This document shows, piece after piece, positions 43,762-58,712 of a stretch of 64,000 nucleotides of DNA. The notes under the pieces were generated by a model. The model was not told the origin of the DNA and ran no database searches. It saw only the letters and a program-made list of their open reading frames with translations. The position numbers and the translations under genes were made by a program. Each line of letters starts with the position of its first letter. Position 1 is the first letter of the stretch. Source of the DNA: Eledone cirrhosa (Eukaryota); contig OZ024743.1 in NCBI GenBank assembly GCA_964016885.1, positions 289,230,001-289,294,000 on the forward strand. The letters are read 5' to 3'.

Positions 43762-44457
43762 CAAAGACAACCGAAAAAACTAGATTCGGAGACATGATAC
43801 ACTATTAAAGGTTACTGCCATAATGAGCAGCCTCCGAATCTCAAACACTCGACATTGCTAAGCATAGTGAGTTTGTAGGTGCGACCAAGCAGGATGGAGG
43901 TTGCTTAGCGGTGATGGAGTTGCTGCTGTTCTCAGATAATTCTACGATATTAATCCAAACCATTTGTCTGCCGTTCAACAAACCAGGGATGCTAAGTATT
44001 GTGTGGCAGCAAATACAAATAATTATAACTGTAAATAAATCAAGAAAAGTGAAATATATTGCAAAAGGGTAAAAAATGATAACTGAAAATCATGAAGAAT
44101 TGTGGAATGAATCAAGTGTATAGCTTTAAGAAGGATGGGTATTTGTAATGTTAATACAAGTGATTAGTTAAAATGAATACTCATTTAATTAAAGGGTACG
44201 TAAATTAGTCGCATGCTCATGTGTGTTTGTATTACGAAAGAACTTCCATAGCCTTCCTACGTGACTGGCGTAACAGCTCTCCCGTAACCTGCAGAACCCG
44301 GGACTGAGTTCCCGCGACAGAGTCTGTTCCATATATTGAAAAAGGGAAAACCTCTCGAATATCATATTCAATTTATTCCAAGTAACTCCAGGATAGATTA
44401 CTAAATCCTAGCGTTACATAGCTTGGTAGTAAGTCGGTGGGTAACGCATACAGTATA

Positions 44458-44670
44458 ATAATTGTTTCTACTTTAAGCATAAGGCCAGCAATTTGAAGGG
44501 GAGGGAAACGTCGATTAAATCGACCCCAGTTCTCACTGGTACTTTATTTTATCGACCCCGTAAGGAAGAAAAGTAAAGCTAACCTCGGCAGAATTTAAAC
44601 TAAGATCGTAAAGGACCATAACCCTATGAGGCAAAGCATGGTGCATTGACGCTCTACCGATACCGCCAAT
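44458..44670 (-). mobile_element. Family A SINE (long variant)
   Basis: aaggccagcaattt..gtcgattaaatcgaccccag..ctggtactttattttatcgaccccg. Confidence 0.85.
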
Positions 44671-45317
44671 AATAATAATGATAATGAACGATTCCTATCT
44701 CAATCGATGATAATCTCAAATCTTCTTGGGTGTACCTCACACAATGCAAAATTCCCAGTATTAGCACATTTCGGTATTTTATATGAGCTTATCCAGTTGA
44801 CATAGCTACAACCTTAATTATATTTGTGCCCTTCTTTGCGCATTTCTTGTAAACAGTATTCGTCGTATTCTACAGAATAGCTGAATTATATATAACATAT
44901 CAGTAAAGTATAAAACACAATCATTTTGTTTTTGCTGATATTGTTGATGATATTGTTTTTATATCGTAGACTGTAACATTCATTATAGATTCAGTACTTA
45001 GTCCCTGCTTGTCCCACAAAAGGGGCACTGCCTTTTTTCAACAACAAACATTTGTGAACGCCCTGGAAGTCTATGTATTACACTCTCGTTGTTGAATCTT
45101 CAGTAATGTAGGATATTCTACCATATTTTGATAGTAAGACTCATGAGACGCTGCATGTTAGCTTGACGTTTGATTAATAAGTTTGAAACTGATTGTTAGC
45201 TTGCCGATGAGGTGCTTTGCGCAGAATACCTGGGGTTATTCTACAAGGCTTAATGTATTTTCAGCACTTAAGTATATGTGAAAGCATAGGTTAAAACAAT
45301 TAAAATATTTTATGGCA

Positions 45318-45412
<95 letters not shown>

Positions 45413-45999
45413 ACACACATACACACACGCACACACACACACACATATATATATATATGTATAGGTCCAATTTCTTGAGGAAAATGAAAGGGGTCTATAT
45501 GCAAGTACCCTAATATGCGGATGCTGGTTGGCACTATTTGTAGTTTTACAGATTGTTGGCCCATCAAAGCAGATAACAAGGAAGGCGTTTAGGTGCATTT
45601 TAAAGTCTCAGGGGGAACTTTGTAGTTCGCTCTGAGACCTTATAAAACGTATTTAGGGATAGCTAAAAAGTCAAAGAAACAATACTGTTCTTGTTAGCAT
45701 TGTTGTTCAGTGTTTTGTTTATTTAAGTTGTTTAGCTCCACGTCAATAACGATTAAAATTTATAATCAAAGACGTTAAAAAAGTAGTCATCGTTTTCAAG
45801 TGTTTCTAAATGATAAATAAACTCCAAGATTGCATCATAGTGTAATCATATCACCCTTGCTTTTTAAAGATGTAAGGGTTTGATCTGAAGTAGATTTGCC
45901 TAATATTTCTAGCAGGTTGAATGATAAGCTTCGTAAGGTTCAGTAAACTGACCTGTATATAGTAAAAGAAACTCGAGGTCATCAGGTTATATATATGTG

Positions 46000-46081
<82 letters not shown>

Positions 46082-46708
46082 TCTTTAAGTCGTTTGGAAG
46101 CCTCGACAATGCAAATGGGTAAATCTCCGGGTAACAAGATCCGGTGGTGGAGAGAGAGATGTAAGTGGGTGTACGTTGAGATGCGTGGTGTGTATAAGAC
46201 GTGTAGAAGAATGAAAGAAAGAGTATAAAGGATAAAATAAAAAATAACAACACGAGAGAGAGAGAGTTACCTTGGGAGAGATTTAATTGTCCCTATATAT
46301 TTCTGATTGACATCCATCAACTGGGGTATTTTTCCGGGGTGGGGGAAAGGTTGTCTGTCGGAAAGGTGCGAAACGCGTCCTCCGCTGTTTGTTGTTTTGA
46401 ATATCTGAGGTATTTAGCAGAGCGCGCGTGCGCGTGAAATGGGGTCGGTCGGGCAGAGGTCAGCGGCCGAATGAGAGAGTGGGGTGGCGCTAGCTGTCAG
46501 TCCATTCTCTGCCTGTTTGTTAAATGTTACTGTGTGTGTGTGTGCGTGTGTTGTTGTCTCGTTTGAGTGTGTATGTGTGTGCGTGTGTTGTTGCCTTGTT
46601 CCTCTGTATTGGCAGTGTAGTATGTTCATATGGTGGAATGCTACTCTGTGTGCGTGCGTGTGTGTGTGTAGTTGTCTCGTTTGTGTTTGTGCGTGTGTTG
46701 CTGTATCG

Positions 46709-48000
46709 TTTGTTAACTTAAACCAGCCATCTCATTTCGCTTCTCTCGGATCGATTGTTTATTTGCGGTGCAGGCGTTTGATAAAAAGCGCTTCCTTGAT
46801 ACGTAACGTGCCGACATTTCTTTCAGTCGCTAGAATTGTGACAATGGGCCTTCCGTCTTTGTTTCCGCATTTGTCTATGTGTTTCCGGAAAGACGAGGCC
46901 CTGGTTTTAGTGTGTTCCTTGATCCGGATGTGCAAAGGTCGGATTGTGCTACCTATGTAGTATTGGTTGCACCTGTCACATTCTATCTTATACACGACGT
47001 ATGTGCGTAGGCAACAGTTAGCATGGCGTATCGGGCAGTCTCTGAGGGAGCACGCGTCAGTAGATTTCCTGAGTTTCCTAGAGAGTCATCTTCGCAGGGA
47101 GGGGCCCGAGTGGGCCAGGTGGATGTCGAGGCCCTCCCTCCGTATAGCCTTGCGGATAGCGTTGGTGGTATTCTCGCCCAGGTGTGGCATTTTAAGGAAG
47201 CACTTGCCTTGGGTGCCTCTCTGTCTCTTGTGTCTGGTGTCTCCTATTCTGTCTGTGAGCGAGGTAGGGTACCCTTTCGTCTCCAGCACCTCGAGGAATC
47301 GCTTGGTATGAGTGACACCACTCGCGGGATCGCTGCATCTGTTTTTGATTCGCGCGATCTCGTTCGTGATGTATCCTCTTTTGGCACTGTTAGGGAGGGC
47401 GGACTTGAAGTGAACGAACAGGTCCCTGCAGGCTGCCTTTCGGTAGAAGTTGCAGTGGATCCTTCCCTGTTCCGTGATGTTAATTCGCAAGTCGAGGAGG
47501 GCAAGTGACCCGTCTTCGTTGGGGTGTTCAACACTGAAGTCAATGTTCTCGTCCGTGTTGTTGAACGTCTCATAGATTCTGTTCGCCGTGTCTTGGGAAG
47601 ATGTGAGGATGAGGATATCGTCCACGTACCTTGAGAAAAAGGCTACGGCGTTGTGGAGGCAGGCGTTGAATGCCTTGCGCTCGAGGTTGTCCATGTAAGA
47701 GATCGCTAGCACACCTGACAGGCTTGATCCCATGGGCAATCTCGAGGTTTGTTGGTATGTTTGGTCAAGGAATCCGAAGTAGGTGTTGTTGACGACGATG
47801 GATAGGAGTTGTTGGATGTCAGTGGTGGTAAGCACGAAGCAGTGTAGGTCGGTGGATTGGACGCGTTCCATCAGTATATTGACGGCCGGGAGTGCCGGGA
47901 CCGTGGTCTAGAGAGTGACTACATGAAGGCTGAAGGCATATCTGTTATTCCTTCTGGTGTCGGGATTCATTTGATGCAGGCGCTTCAACACCTCCACATC
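46709..48000 (-). pseudogene. PLE reverse transcriptase - GIY-YIG endonuclease, inactivated
   Basis: FSLHVVTL*TTVP (motif A Asp lost, TAG stop), LPMGSSLS, RYVDD, LLDL, FYRK; one in-frame TGA at 47086-47088; then CPIRHANCC..VVYKIECDRCNQYYIGSTIRPLHIRIKEH..LRIKEALFI. 1-bp deletion near the C-terminus relative to the right-arm copy. Confidence 0.95.
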
Positions 48001-48570
48001 TGGATCAAGGAACACACTAAAACCAGGGCCTCGTCTTTCCGGAAACACATAGACAAATGCGGAAACAAAGACGGAAGGCCCATTGTCACAATTCTAGCGA
48101 CTGAAAGAAACGTCGGCACGTTACGTATCAAGGAAGCGCTTTTTATCAAACGCCTGCAACCGCAAATAAACAATCGATCCGAGAGAAGCGAAATGAGATG
48201 GCTGGTTTAAGTTAACAAACGATGCAGCAACATACGCACACACACACAGTAGCATTCCACCATACGAACATACTACACTGCCAATACAGAGGAACAAGGC
48301 AACAACACACGCACACACACACACACACACTCAAGCGAGACAACAACACACGCACACACACACACACAGTAACATTTAACAAACAGGCAGAGAATGGACT
48401 GACAGCTAGCGCCACCCCACTCTCTCATTCGGCCGCTGACCTCTGCCCGACCGACCCCATTTCACGTGCACGCGCGCTCTGTTGAATACCTCAGATTTTC
48501 AAAACAACAAACAGCGGAGGACGCGTTTCGCACCTTTCCGACAGACCTCCTTTCCCCCACCCGGAAAAAA

Positions 48571-48606
48571 CCCCAGTTGATGGATGTGGATCCGAAATAA
48601 ATAGGG
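48571..48606 (+). ncRNA. Hammerhead-like motif of the PLE pLTR with variant core (mirror at 46291-46326, -)
   Basis: ccc-CAGTTGA-t-ggat(gtgg)atcc-GAAA-taaa-TA-ggg; the left arm has GAAA-tata-TA-ggg. Confidence 0.6.
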
Positions 48607-48857
48607 ACAATTAAATCTCTCCCAAGGTAACTCTCTCTCGTGTTGTTATTTTTTATTTTATCTTTATACTCTTTCCTTCATTCTTCTACACGTCTTATAC
48701 ACACCACGCATCTCAACGTACACCCACTTACATCTCTCTCTCCACCACCGGATCTTGTTACCCGGAGATTTACCCATTTGCATTGTCGAGGCTTCCAAAC
48801 GACTTAAAGATATTTACTTATTATTCCACAATGCTTCAAGCAAACTTCAATACTCTC

Positions 48858-48967
<110 letters not shown>

Positions 48968-50160
48968 CATATTTGTGTGCGTGGGCGTACGTAGATAAAG
49001 GGAATTGACTGATGATTTACTTCATTTTAACTCGGAGTTCAGCTTACCTATCCCAGGATTCAGGCTTCACCTGATGCCTTCTTCCTTCAATCAAACGCAT
49101 CTGGGAGGCAGGATAAAGATCAAATTGATTGCCTATTATTTTCTGTCTAAAATTTTAAAAGTGCTTTACTCTCTCCCAATATACTTTAAGTTTAAAATCT
49201 ATTTTACCAATATCGTCGATGCCCATCTCAAAATGCTGCTTGTTTTTATCGGCTATATCTCTTCCTCATAAATTAATATAAAGGTTTTTTTTTTACATTT
49301 TTGTCCGGGTTGTAAAGACAGCGCCTATGCCATTTTCCAAACTATTCAGAGACTGGTGGGAAGGAGAGATATGGATATCATCAAACTATAAACTCCCCTA
49401 AAATCACCCAAGAATAATCTGGTGTTGTTAAATCGGGTTACAGTTTAAGTCTACCACCCAAGTAGTCTTTCAGGTGATTTGAACTGACAAAAGAACAAAT
49501 ACAGCAAGTCATCTCGTCTGACGCTCTAATAATTCTGAAAATTTGTCGTCCTAGACTACTACTTTATTTTGTCACATCTTAAGCGATAAAAGGCAAAAAT
49601 GACCTCTGAGAAATTTGAAATCAAGCTTTTTGTCTGACACTCTAACGACTAGCAGCAACATTCCCATTAAATTACAAATTAGCTTCTTAATAAAGAGTGG
49701 CACATACGGTAATTTAGACCAAGAATATTGAGATGGGTGCATAAGAAACATCTTTAAATCATAGGCCTGCTCGGTCAGTGTTGATATTTTGTTGAATAAT
49801 AACAAATATATTTCTTATGACGGCTCAGTGATGGAATGGACACGAGAGTGATAAGTTAACTTTCGGCAAACCAAGAACGTGATCAGCATATGATTGTCCA
49901 TTGAATCTATATACAATAATTTTGTTGTCTCTCGTAATACTTGAATGTTAATCAACGTCGTTTTAACTATCCCTCATCTGATATATTTGGCAAATCATAT
50001 TTTATGCCAAAATTCTCGATTGTTTTTATACCTGCTACCAAAGAAAGATGACTAGTACAGCAGGAACAGCAGCAACAAAAACAACAACAACAACCACTAC
50101 TACTACTACTACTACTACTGCTGCTGCTGCTACTACTACTACTACTACTACTACTACTAT

Positions 50161-50192
<32 letters not shown>

Positions 50193-50470
50193 GTGAAATG
50201 TCACCATGAAAGGGAATATGAAAGGTAGTAGGCGTATCATTGATATTTTTTCTGCAACAACGTACCATTCTCTCATAGGGACTAAAGAATATTATTGCAT
50301 CGTAACACTGTATAAACAGTAATCCCGGGGAGAGAATATTTTTGTAAAAATATGAATTTATAATGCAAGATTCTGAGATTTATGTAAATAGATATATAAT
50401 ATAACATTATATATATTTATATTAATAACAGTAGGAGATAGACCGGGAGTTCGGCAGTCTCAGCTAGTTA

Positions 50471-50548
<78 letters not shown>

Positions 50549-50550
<2 letters not shown>

Positions 50551-51608
50551 GAATGAATAATAACAGGTAGACATCATAAAAAGGTAATTTATTCCGTGTG
50601 CTTACAAATGTTTCCACGGTGGTAATACAGCCTAGTTATGCTTTGTACAAAGTGCATATCGGAGTGGATTGAAGTACTGTAGGTTATGTAACCTTGAACT
50701 CTTTTACATATTAAAATCCCAAAATAAACTACTTAACGATAGAATCGAACGATCATTATACTGCAACCACAAACTAAAAGCTAAATTCTCTCACTATAAA
50801 ATAATTTAACATTCGAACCCGTAACTATAACATCGCTTTCTAGCTAACCACCTCTCTTCCCCCACACTACAAGACAATACCCTGCTTATCACTATAAATG
50901 GTAACTCAGTGCAATTCGCAGATTACTACTACGAACCCAAAGTTCACCCACCTCATAGCTTTCGTCTGTCCCCTCTCTATCTCTCCCTCTATATCCATTC
51001 CACTCTCTCTCTCTCTCACCTTTGGCCTACCTCCCTCCCTCTCCACATCTATGAACCTGCCCTCTGGGGCAATAAATAATTCCAACCTTGACTATCAACG
51101 CATCTCTCTAAAAGTAACCAGTATAATAAAACCCCTACCATAACATTTTGATTAAGATATCTACAAACCACTCTCTCCTATTTCTCCAACCCCTGCATAT
51201 ATTTCTCTCTCTCTCCCTTTCCCCTACTTTTCTCTCTTCCTTTTCTACTCTATCTTCTCCAATAACCTCACTTAAGGGTATTTACATTGTACATTTTATC
51301 ATTCTGCTCTGATGATACAGTGGTCACAGCATTTGATATTTGAGTTCTGCAAATAGTTGTAAATTTGTACAAAGCATAACTAGGCTGTATTACCACCGTG
51401 GAAACATTTGTAAGCACACGGAATAAATTACCTTTTTATGATGTCTACCTGTTATTATTCATTCTTTATCTACACTCCGGAATACAGAACGATCAGGAAC
51501 TAAGTTTCTTCAACAATTCTTCCATAACTCGTTGAGTAACCTCTCACCGTACGTCAACCATATCCAGTGTAGTAATTAACCATTACTGCATCTAGGATAA
51601 TCCTATAC

Positions 51609-51610
<2 letters not shown>
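50549..51610 (+). mobile_element. PLE-derived element with inverted 5' end, between TA tracts
   Basis: 50549-50651 is a perfect 103-bp reverse complement of 51364-51466; degenerate coding-like body; HHR in the 3' region. Confidence 0.85.
51305..51416 (+). ncRNA. Type-I hammerhead with extended stem/loop II
   Basis: tgct-CTGATGA-tacagtggtcacagc...gctgtattaccaccgtg-GAAA-catttg-TA-agca. Confidence 0.65.
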
Positions 51611-51666
<56 letters not shown>

Positions 51667-51716
51667 TATATAGATAGATAGATAGATATAGATATATATA
51701 CATATATATTTATATA

Positions 51717-51775
<59 letters not shown>

Positions 51776-52675
51776 ACCCACGTGCGCACGCGAGCTTGTA
51801 TGGGCTGAGGCGTAACAGGAATATAAAAAAATAACGTATCTTCTTGCTTATACTGTATGAAGTAATTGCTGTACAATATCATTACCCACAACATCGAACA
51901 TTATTTCTTAGTTTCCTCAAAGCGTTAAACTAATCCATGTACTTTGAATCCCTAATTTTCACTTCTTTCATTCGTTTCTGTTGATACGAAAATGATATCC
52001 ATCATATAATGTGTATTGTTGGGAATATACTTTTGCCAATGTGTGTAATTTCGGATAATCTTGCAAAGATATAATCATTCTAAATTTCCTTTTGTCTTCC
52101 AAATTTCAAAATATTGAAATTAATATTTTTTCAAACTAAATATACTTCTTCAATTTATATCAAATATAAAATTAAGCGAAACAGTTTCTCATATGTACAT
52201 TTACTATTAGGTTATAACTAAATATTATACTGTTTAACTAACAATTAAAACAAAACTCTACTACTAATATTTTTCTAGCGTTGCCCACAGTGGTGAAGTA
52301 TATTATCAATATTATTCCTTTCATAAATGTAGTTATTTTTCATATAGGTCGTAGATGCAGAAGATTTAGATATACAAAGGAGAAAGAGGAGTATTAATGG
52401 TGGGAGATGGGTCAAAAAGAATTACGGAATTAGTTGAAGTTGTATGGTAGGTAGCATAGTAAGAGGAAAGGAAGGAGAAAGAGGAGACGGAGGAAAATAA
52501 TTAGATATAAGGCAGCAGGAACAATCGCCTAAAAATGAGTAAAAGTTTGTATATATGTATGTACATATATATAAACATACATACTTTTTGATTAACTAAC
52601 AGTTTACTTACCAGTGCGACAACTCTCGTTATTTCTCTCTCTCACTCTCTCTCACACTCTCTCTCACACACACGC

Positions 52676-52766
<91 letters not shown>

Positions 52767-53622
52767 TACTTTTCTGCTCCGCTTTTTGACAAAAATCTAT
52801 ATTTTCCTCCTTCTGGTGTAACATTTGCAAACTTAGTTCGCACAGAATCCTCGCCTGTCTCCATTTGTAAGGCTTTTCATTGTTATTTGTTTTGGCACTC
52901 GCTTTGCTGTCGCAGTCGAAAGACACTCGAAAGACACCTGTCTCTAGGTTGTTTTACTCTCTCATATGCATCTTTTCGGTGGCTTGTTGTAAGCTTTCAT
53001 GCAAACTAGGTTCGATTTTATGCCCACCCTTATGCACGAAATTGTTTTACCCAAAGAGTGACTGAAAAGCAAGATGATTTTGAACATTCGTCTCACGCAT
53101 TTCATTTTTATTTGTTTCCTGCATTGCTATATATATAGATATATCTTACTAACTATCTCTTTTCTCGCCCCCCTCACCCCTCTGTCCCCTGACTACTTTT
53201 CCACTCCTACCCACTTCCCTTTCCTTCGTCTCTTCCTCCTCACCGCCTGTTCTCGCTACGATCAGACGTTCTTTTCTCTCTCTCCCGCTTGTTGTTATTA
53301 CGGGTTCAGAACTTATGTTCGGCCCAAGTATTAACTCTTTCATCTCTTCCCCGATTACTACAAAACTTTCATGTCTTTTCCCCTTTCTCTATCGGTATGT
53401 CTTTCTTTTTTCTTTTTTTTTTGTAGTTTTCTTCGTTATCGTCTGTTGTTTTTCTTCCCGGATAGCTATCCATTTTTAGCTATCAACGCACTACGGTGAG
53501 ATGTACTGTCTTTAATGCGTACGAAACATCAGTGATCCACACAAGTCAGCCGATGAGCGGGAATTGTCCTTGAGTTTGTGTTTCACGTTTTCTAAATAAT
53601 ATTTACCGTTCTCGCTTCTTAA

Positions 53623-53675
<53 letters not shown>

Positions 53676-53840
53676 ATAATAATAAATGTAAAGACTAAAA
53701 TCCAAAGTGGGCTCGATAAGGATAAATAAATATCAAATATATAAGAACATTCGAGCAAATATTTATTAAAATAAGAGATTGAATTTTAAGCAAAGAATCG
53801 CTGCTGCCCCTCCCCCCGCGCGCACACATATATATATATA

Positions 53841-53877
<37 letters not shown>

Positions 53878-54641
53878 ATGAAAATATTGATCAATGCACG
53901 AAACGGGCATTTGGATTGCAGCATAAATCTTCCTCGTTCGTCAATGGACAACTAAGGAAGAAGGCTATAGACTGTAGAGCAATAATGTTCATGCCTCAAC
54001 ATGAGATCAGCCGTTAGGATGGAATAAATAAAAGTATATATATTCTTTTTAATGGGAAACTAATGAGTCTTATTCCTCTAGAGTTGCACTTGTGCACTTA
54101 CAGTATCATTAGACAAAACTCCTGTCTGATGATCCTGTTAGTACATAGGTGAAACTCCAGAGCAACAAAACTAATCGTTAAATGTAATAAAGAATAATTG
54201 AACTCACTTTCAGTATTGAGTACTCATTCTTGCGTACACACATACCCACACATACACCCACAATCCCAGACACACACAACTATATGTGAAAAACACTGGT
54301 ACCATAAAAACTATCATGCCTATTGCAGACAATTCAATATGTAAATAACGGAACGTATTTTTAGATATTAAGAGTACAAAAGAAGCTTTGGGACGTATAT
54401 TTTTTGTCAAAATTCAGTATATTATTTCTCCTTCATACGATATACCTTAGGGGTATATCATTATGTTTAAAATATATACACGCCCTAAATATTTCGTCTA
54501 TGATTCAAGGAATATGGAATATATAATAATGAACGATATATTACAAACAGAGGTACACACACTCAATCTATTTCGCACACATATGTATATATATATATAT
54601 ATATAGATAGATAGATAGATACATACATATATATATATATA

Positions 54642-54723
<82 letters not shown>

Positions 54724-54724
54724 G

Positions 54725-54786
<62 letters not shown>

Positions 54787-55108
54787 ATACTTATATGTAT
54801 ATATGTATGTAATTTACTTAATATACTTATATATATATATATGTATGCATATACTTATATATATGTTTGTATATATATATATATATATATATACATATAT
54901 ATTGTATGTTTGTATGTATGGACGTATGTATATACGTGGACGTGCGCATGTGTATTTAGAATTGCACATTATACATGAATGCATGGGTGTTGGCTATTAT
55001 GCTGATTACACACACACACACACAAATCATCACACACACACACACACACACACACACAAATCATCACACACACACACACACATACGCAAACACACATACA
55101 CATACACT

Positions 55109-55151
<43 letters not shown>

Positions 55152-55368
55152 GTATACATATACATTTTTACATATGACGTTATGGTCCTCATATGTAAAA
55201 CCTTGTATGCGCGCGTACGAGCAAATACAGTGCGTGTGGTAATATATGTATAGTAAGGTGTGTGGTATATGTGTAACTTACTGGCTGTTTCATTAACACA
55301 TTCACACATACACTCAATCACATACACAAGCAGACACACACACGCATATATATGGGTCCGTATGAATG

Positions 55369-55443
<75 letters not shown>

Positions 55444-55457
55444 TATACATATATATA

Positions 55458-55509
<52 letters not shown>

Positions 55510-55802
55510 TATATATATATATTTATATATATATATATATGTATGTATGTATGAATGCATATATATATGCATTTATATATGTGCATGTGTGTATGTAAGT
55601 GTGTGTCTGTTTATGTGAGAGTACTTGTTTGTGTTCGCGTCTGAAATGTCATTGCAACTTTGTGTGCGTATTTACACATTTATGTAAATTATTATATAAA
55701 TATTGTGTGTTTGCATATATATATATATATAAATATATATATGTAAATATACATTTGTGTGTATGTTCGTGTGTGTGTGTGTGTTTGTGTGTCGTGTGTG
55801 CG

Positions 55803-55840
<38 letters not shown>

Positions 55841-56810
55841 TTATGTATACATATATATATATACATATATTATGAGAGAGAGAGAAAGCGAGATGAGATG
55901 GAGAGAGCGAGAGAGAAGCGAGAGAGAAGCAAGAGAGAAGCGAGGAGTAGTAATGAACTGGGAGGTAGTGTTGTTGTTGTCATATACTCATAACCTTATA
56001 TTACAATGATTTCTTCAGGTTACACAAATAAACGCTGAGCAATTTTTTATACATTTTCTGGTTACTTAAACTTGTACGAAGTCTTTATAGAAATACCCCA
56101 TGGACTTCTTGCAAGATATAATCTTGTGTCATTTTGTTTGGATTGCAGCTATTCATAACTTTTAACAAATTTACAAATAATATTAGTTTTAACAACTACA
56201 ACAACTATAATATCTACAACAACTAAAATGGTGACAGAGTCGTATAATAACAGTAGCAGTCGAAGCAATAAATAATTGTTGCTACTTACAATGATGCTAC
56301 TGCTGTTGCTGCTGTTGCTTCTGTTGTTGCTGCTACTACTGCTACTACGACTGCTACTGATAAATGTATTAATACATACAGTATAATAGTAATAATAATG
56401 GTAATGGCAATAATAGCAATAATGATGATGATAACACTAAAAACAACAATAACAACAACAACAAAAATACCAATAATAATAATAATAATAATAATAAAAA
56501 TCATAATAATGTAATTGTAAAAAAATAAGCAAGAGTAATATTTCTTATTACAGGTACCAACAACAATAACAACGTCAACAACAACAATTGTACGAAAAAC
56601 AATATACAGCAGCAACAATAACAACAACTGCAACAAAAGTCTTTGCAATGACATACAGCACCAGAAATATCAATAACAATAACAACAACAGCAACTAGAA
56701 TAAACATTAAAAAGACGTCAAGAAGAATAGAAATATATTATCCAGAAGAGAAAAGGTTTATGTAAGAAGAGATGTATAAAGAGTGAAACTAAGCAAGGCA
56801 GAGAAAACGA

Positions 56811-56885
<75 letters not shown>

Positions 56886-57257
56886 GAAGAAAGAAAGAAA
56901 GAAAGAATGTAAGAAAGAAAGAAAGCAAAAAGCGAGAATGAAAGAGAAAATGTAGTAAAGTGAGAAAGAAAGAATGATAGAAAGAAAGAGAGAAAGAGAG
57001 AAAAAAATAAGCTCAAATAAAAACTATCTGCCTGCGCTTTCTCCTTTCTTTTAGAACTTTCCACAAGGTCTTTTAGTGTAATTTCAACAGTCAAGCTTAT
57101 GGTACATATTTTATTCTTTTTCCCTCTCAATATAAGTGCTGTGTGGTTAAGGGGTTCATTTAGGGGTTTACGATACCGTGACCAATTCTTTTTACTCTAG
57201 TTTCTTCTTAACCAATGCTTTGAATGAAATTCGGTAGCCTGTCGTGAATATATATAA

Positions 57258-57570
57258 TTGTTTCTACGTAAGGCACAAGGCCAGTATTACTGGTACTTTA
57301 TTTTATCGACCCCGTAAGGATCAAAGGCAAAGTTAACCTCGGCGGGATTTGAACTCAGGAATATATATAATGGTTTCTGATTTAGGCACAAGGCCAATAA
57401 TCTTGGGAGGATGGGAAAGTCGATTAAATCGACCCCAGTGCGTGACTGGTACTTTATTTCATCGACCCCGAACGGATGAAATCAAAACTGACCTCGACGG
57501 AATTTGAACTGATAACCTTAAAAAGTCGTAACTAAATGGCACAAAACATTTTGGCCGGCACACTACCGTG
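57258..57570 (-). mobile_element. Two adjacent family A SINEs
   Basis: First copy is flanked by TSD gaatatatataat; second is the long variant. Confidence 0.88.
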
Positions 57571-57639
57571 ATATCATCATAGCTTTTTTATAAAGTGTTT
57601 GTTTTTACTAAAATCAATCGCCTATTCTATTGCAAGCTA

Positions 57640-58115
57640 ATACTATCTGCCGTTCGCACTCAAACGATTCTTCGAATTCACCCATCGACGACCTTGCATG
57701 AAATGGTGGCGCTATTGAACAAATTAAATCACGGCGAATAGAGTAGCAATGGACTGATTAGAGAGCAGATGAATATATGGAAATCTGGAATAATAGGTCA
57801 CTAGTGAAAACAACACTAGTAGTATGTGGTGAGCCAACATACAATTACCTAGAAAACATGGAAGCTTTCTTTCAGCGACAGTCACGAAAGAGGCTCGCCA
57901 ACGATGCTGCAAATACACCATGTACAAGAAAAGAGAGCAGATCAATACTGTAGCGAGACACTTCCGATATAGTAGACAAGTTTATGAAAATTAGACTTAT
58001 CATTTCAGTTAAAGTTTACATCTTGCTTACCATAAAGATCCCCTTGGGATTAGAATCATATGGTTAGTTATATTCTGACGAGGCTACAATAATCTACGAA
58101 CTGCACAAGAAAATG
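57640..58115 (+). mobile_element. Possible degraded PLE GIY-YIG 3' end
   Basis: Weak peptide remnants (SRRIE*, PCTRKE) and a degenerate ctgacga..cgaa motif at 58076. Confidence 0.3.
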
Positions 58116-58339
58116 TCTTGTGTTTCAGTGTACAGAGAGTGTTGTGGAAAGCATGTTGCTCTTCAATATTTTCCCACCGTGGCTTCTAATTTGAAGACTG
58201 CATTATGTTTTCCGTAAACCCTAACTTCTTCATAAATATCCATTATTTTATCGTTAAGTGCCAACACAATACCCTTTATTTTAGTTTTACATCCTGCTAG
58301 ACAAAATAGATGAGACAATAATCTCTGAAATTATTTTTG

Positions 58340-58712
58340 GTGGAATGGCAGTGTCGGGCAGCATACTTTGCGGCATATAGTTGCTGCCCTTACGTTCTGA
58401 ATTAAAATCCCACCGACATTAGCCTTGCTTTTTCATCCTTATGGGGTCGATAAAATGAAGTACCAGCAACTCACTGGGGTTGATTTAATCGACTTTCCCC
58501 TACACGAAATTGTTGGCCTTGTGTCACAACCAGAAACCCTTAATAATAATATTATTTAGGCGGTGTATTAACAGTATTAAAAGAGCGTCGGACAACATTC
58601 TTCACGACATATAGTTACATCCATTAAAGTACCAGTAACACACTGGGGTCGGTTTAATCAACTTTCCCCTCTCATCAAATTGTTGGCCTTGTGCCTATGG
58701 TAGAAATCATTA
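58340..58712 (+). mobile_element. Two tandem family A SINEs
   Basis: ttcatccttatggggtcgataaaat..gtaccag..ttggccttgtg; second copy internally deleted. Confidence 0.82.

Noticed and set aside
45545-45665. hAT dimerisation-domain remnant (LNAFLVICFDGPTI)
   Set aside because: Too short and degenerate, and no TIRs were found.
47086-47088. In-frame TGA between RT and endonuclease as selenocysteine (as in Naiad PLEs)
   Set aside because: It lies in SLRR*LSRK, not at an evident Cys position, and is most simply CGA>TGA. The copy also has a TAG stop, a lost catalytic Asp and a frameshift, and I saw no SECIS.
47857-48210. 117-aa plus-strand ORF as a separate gene
   Set aside because: It is a chimera of antisense RT and the inverted endonuclease tail across the fold-back junction.
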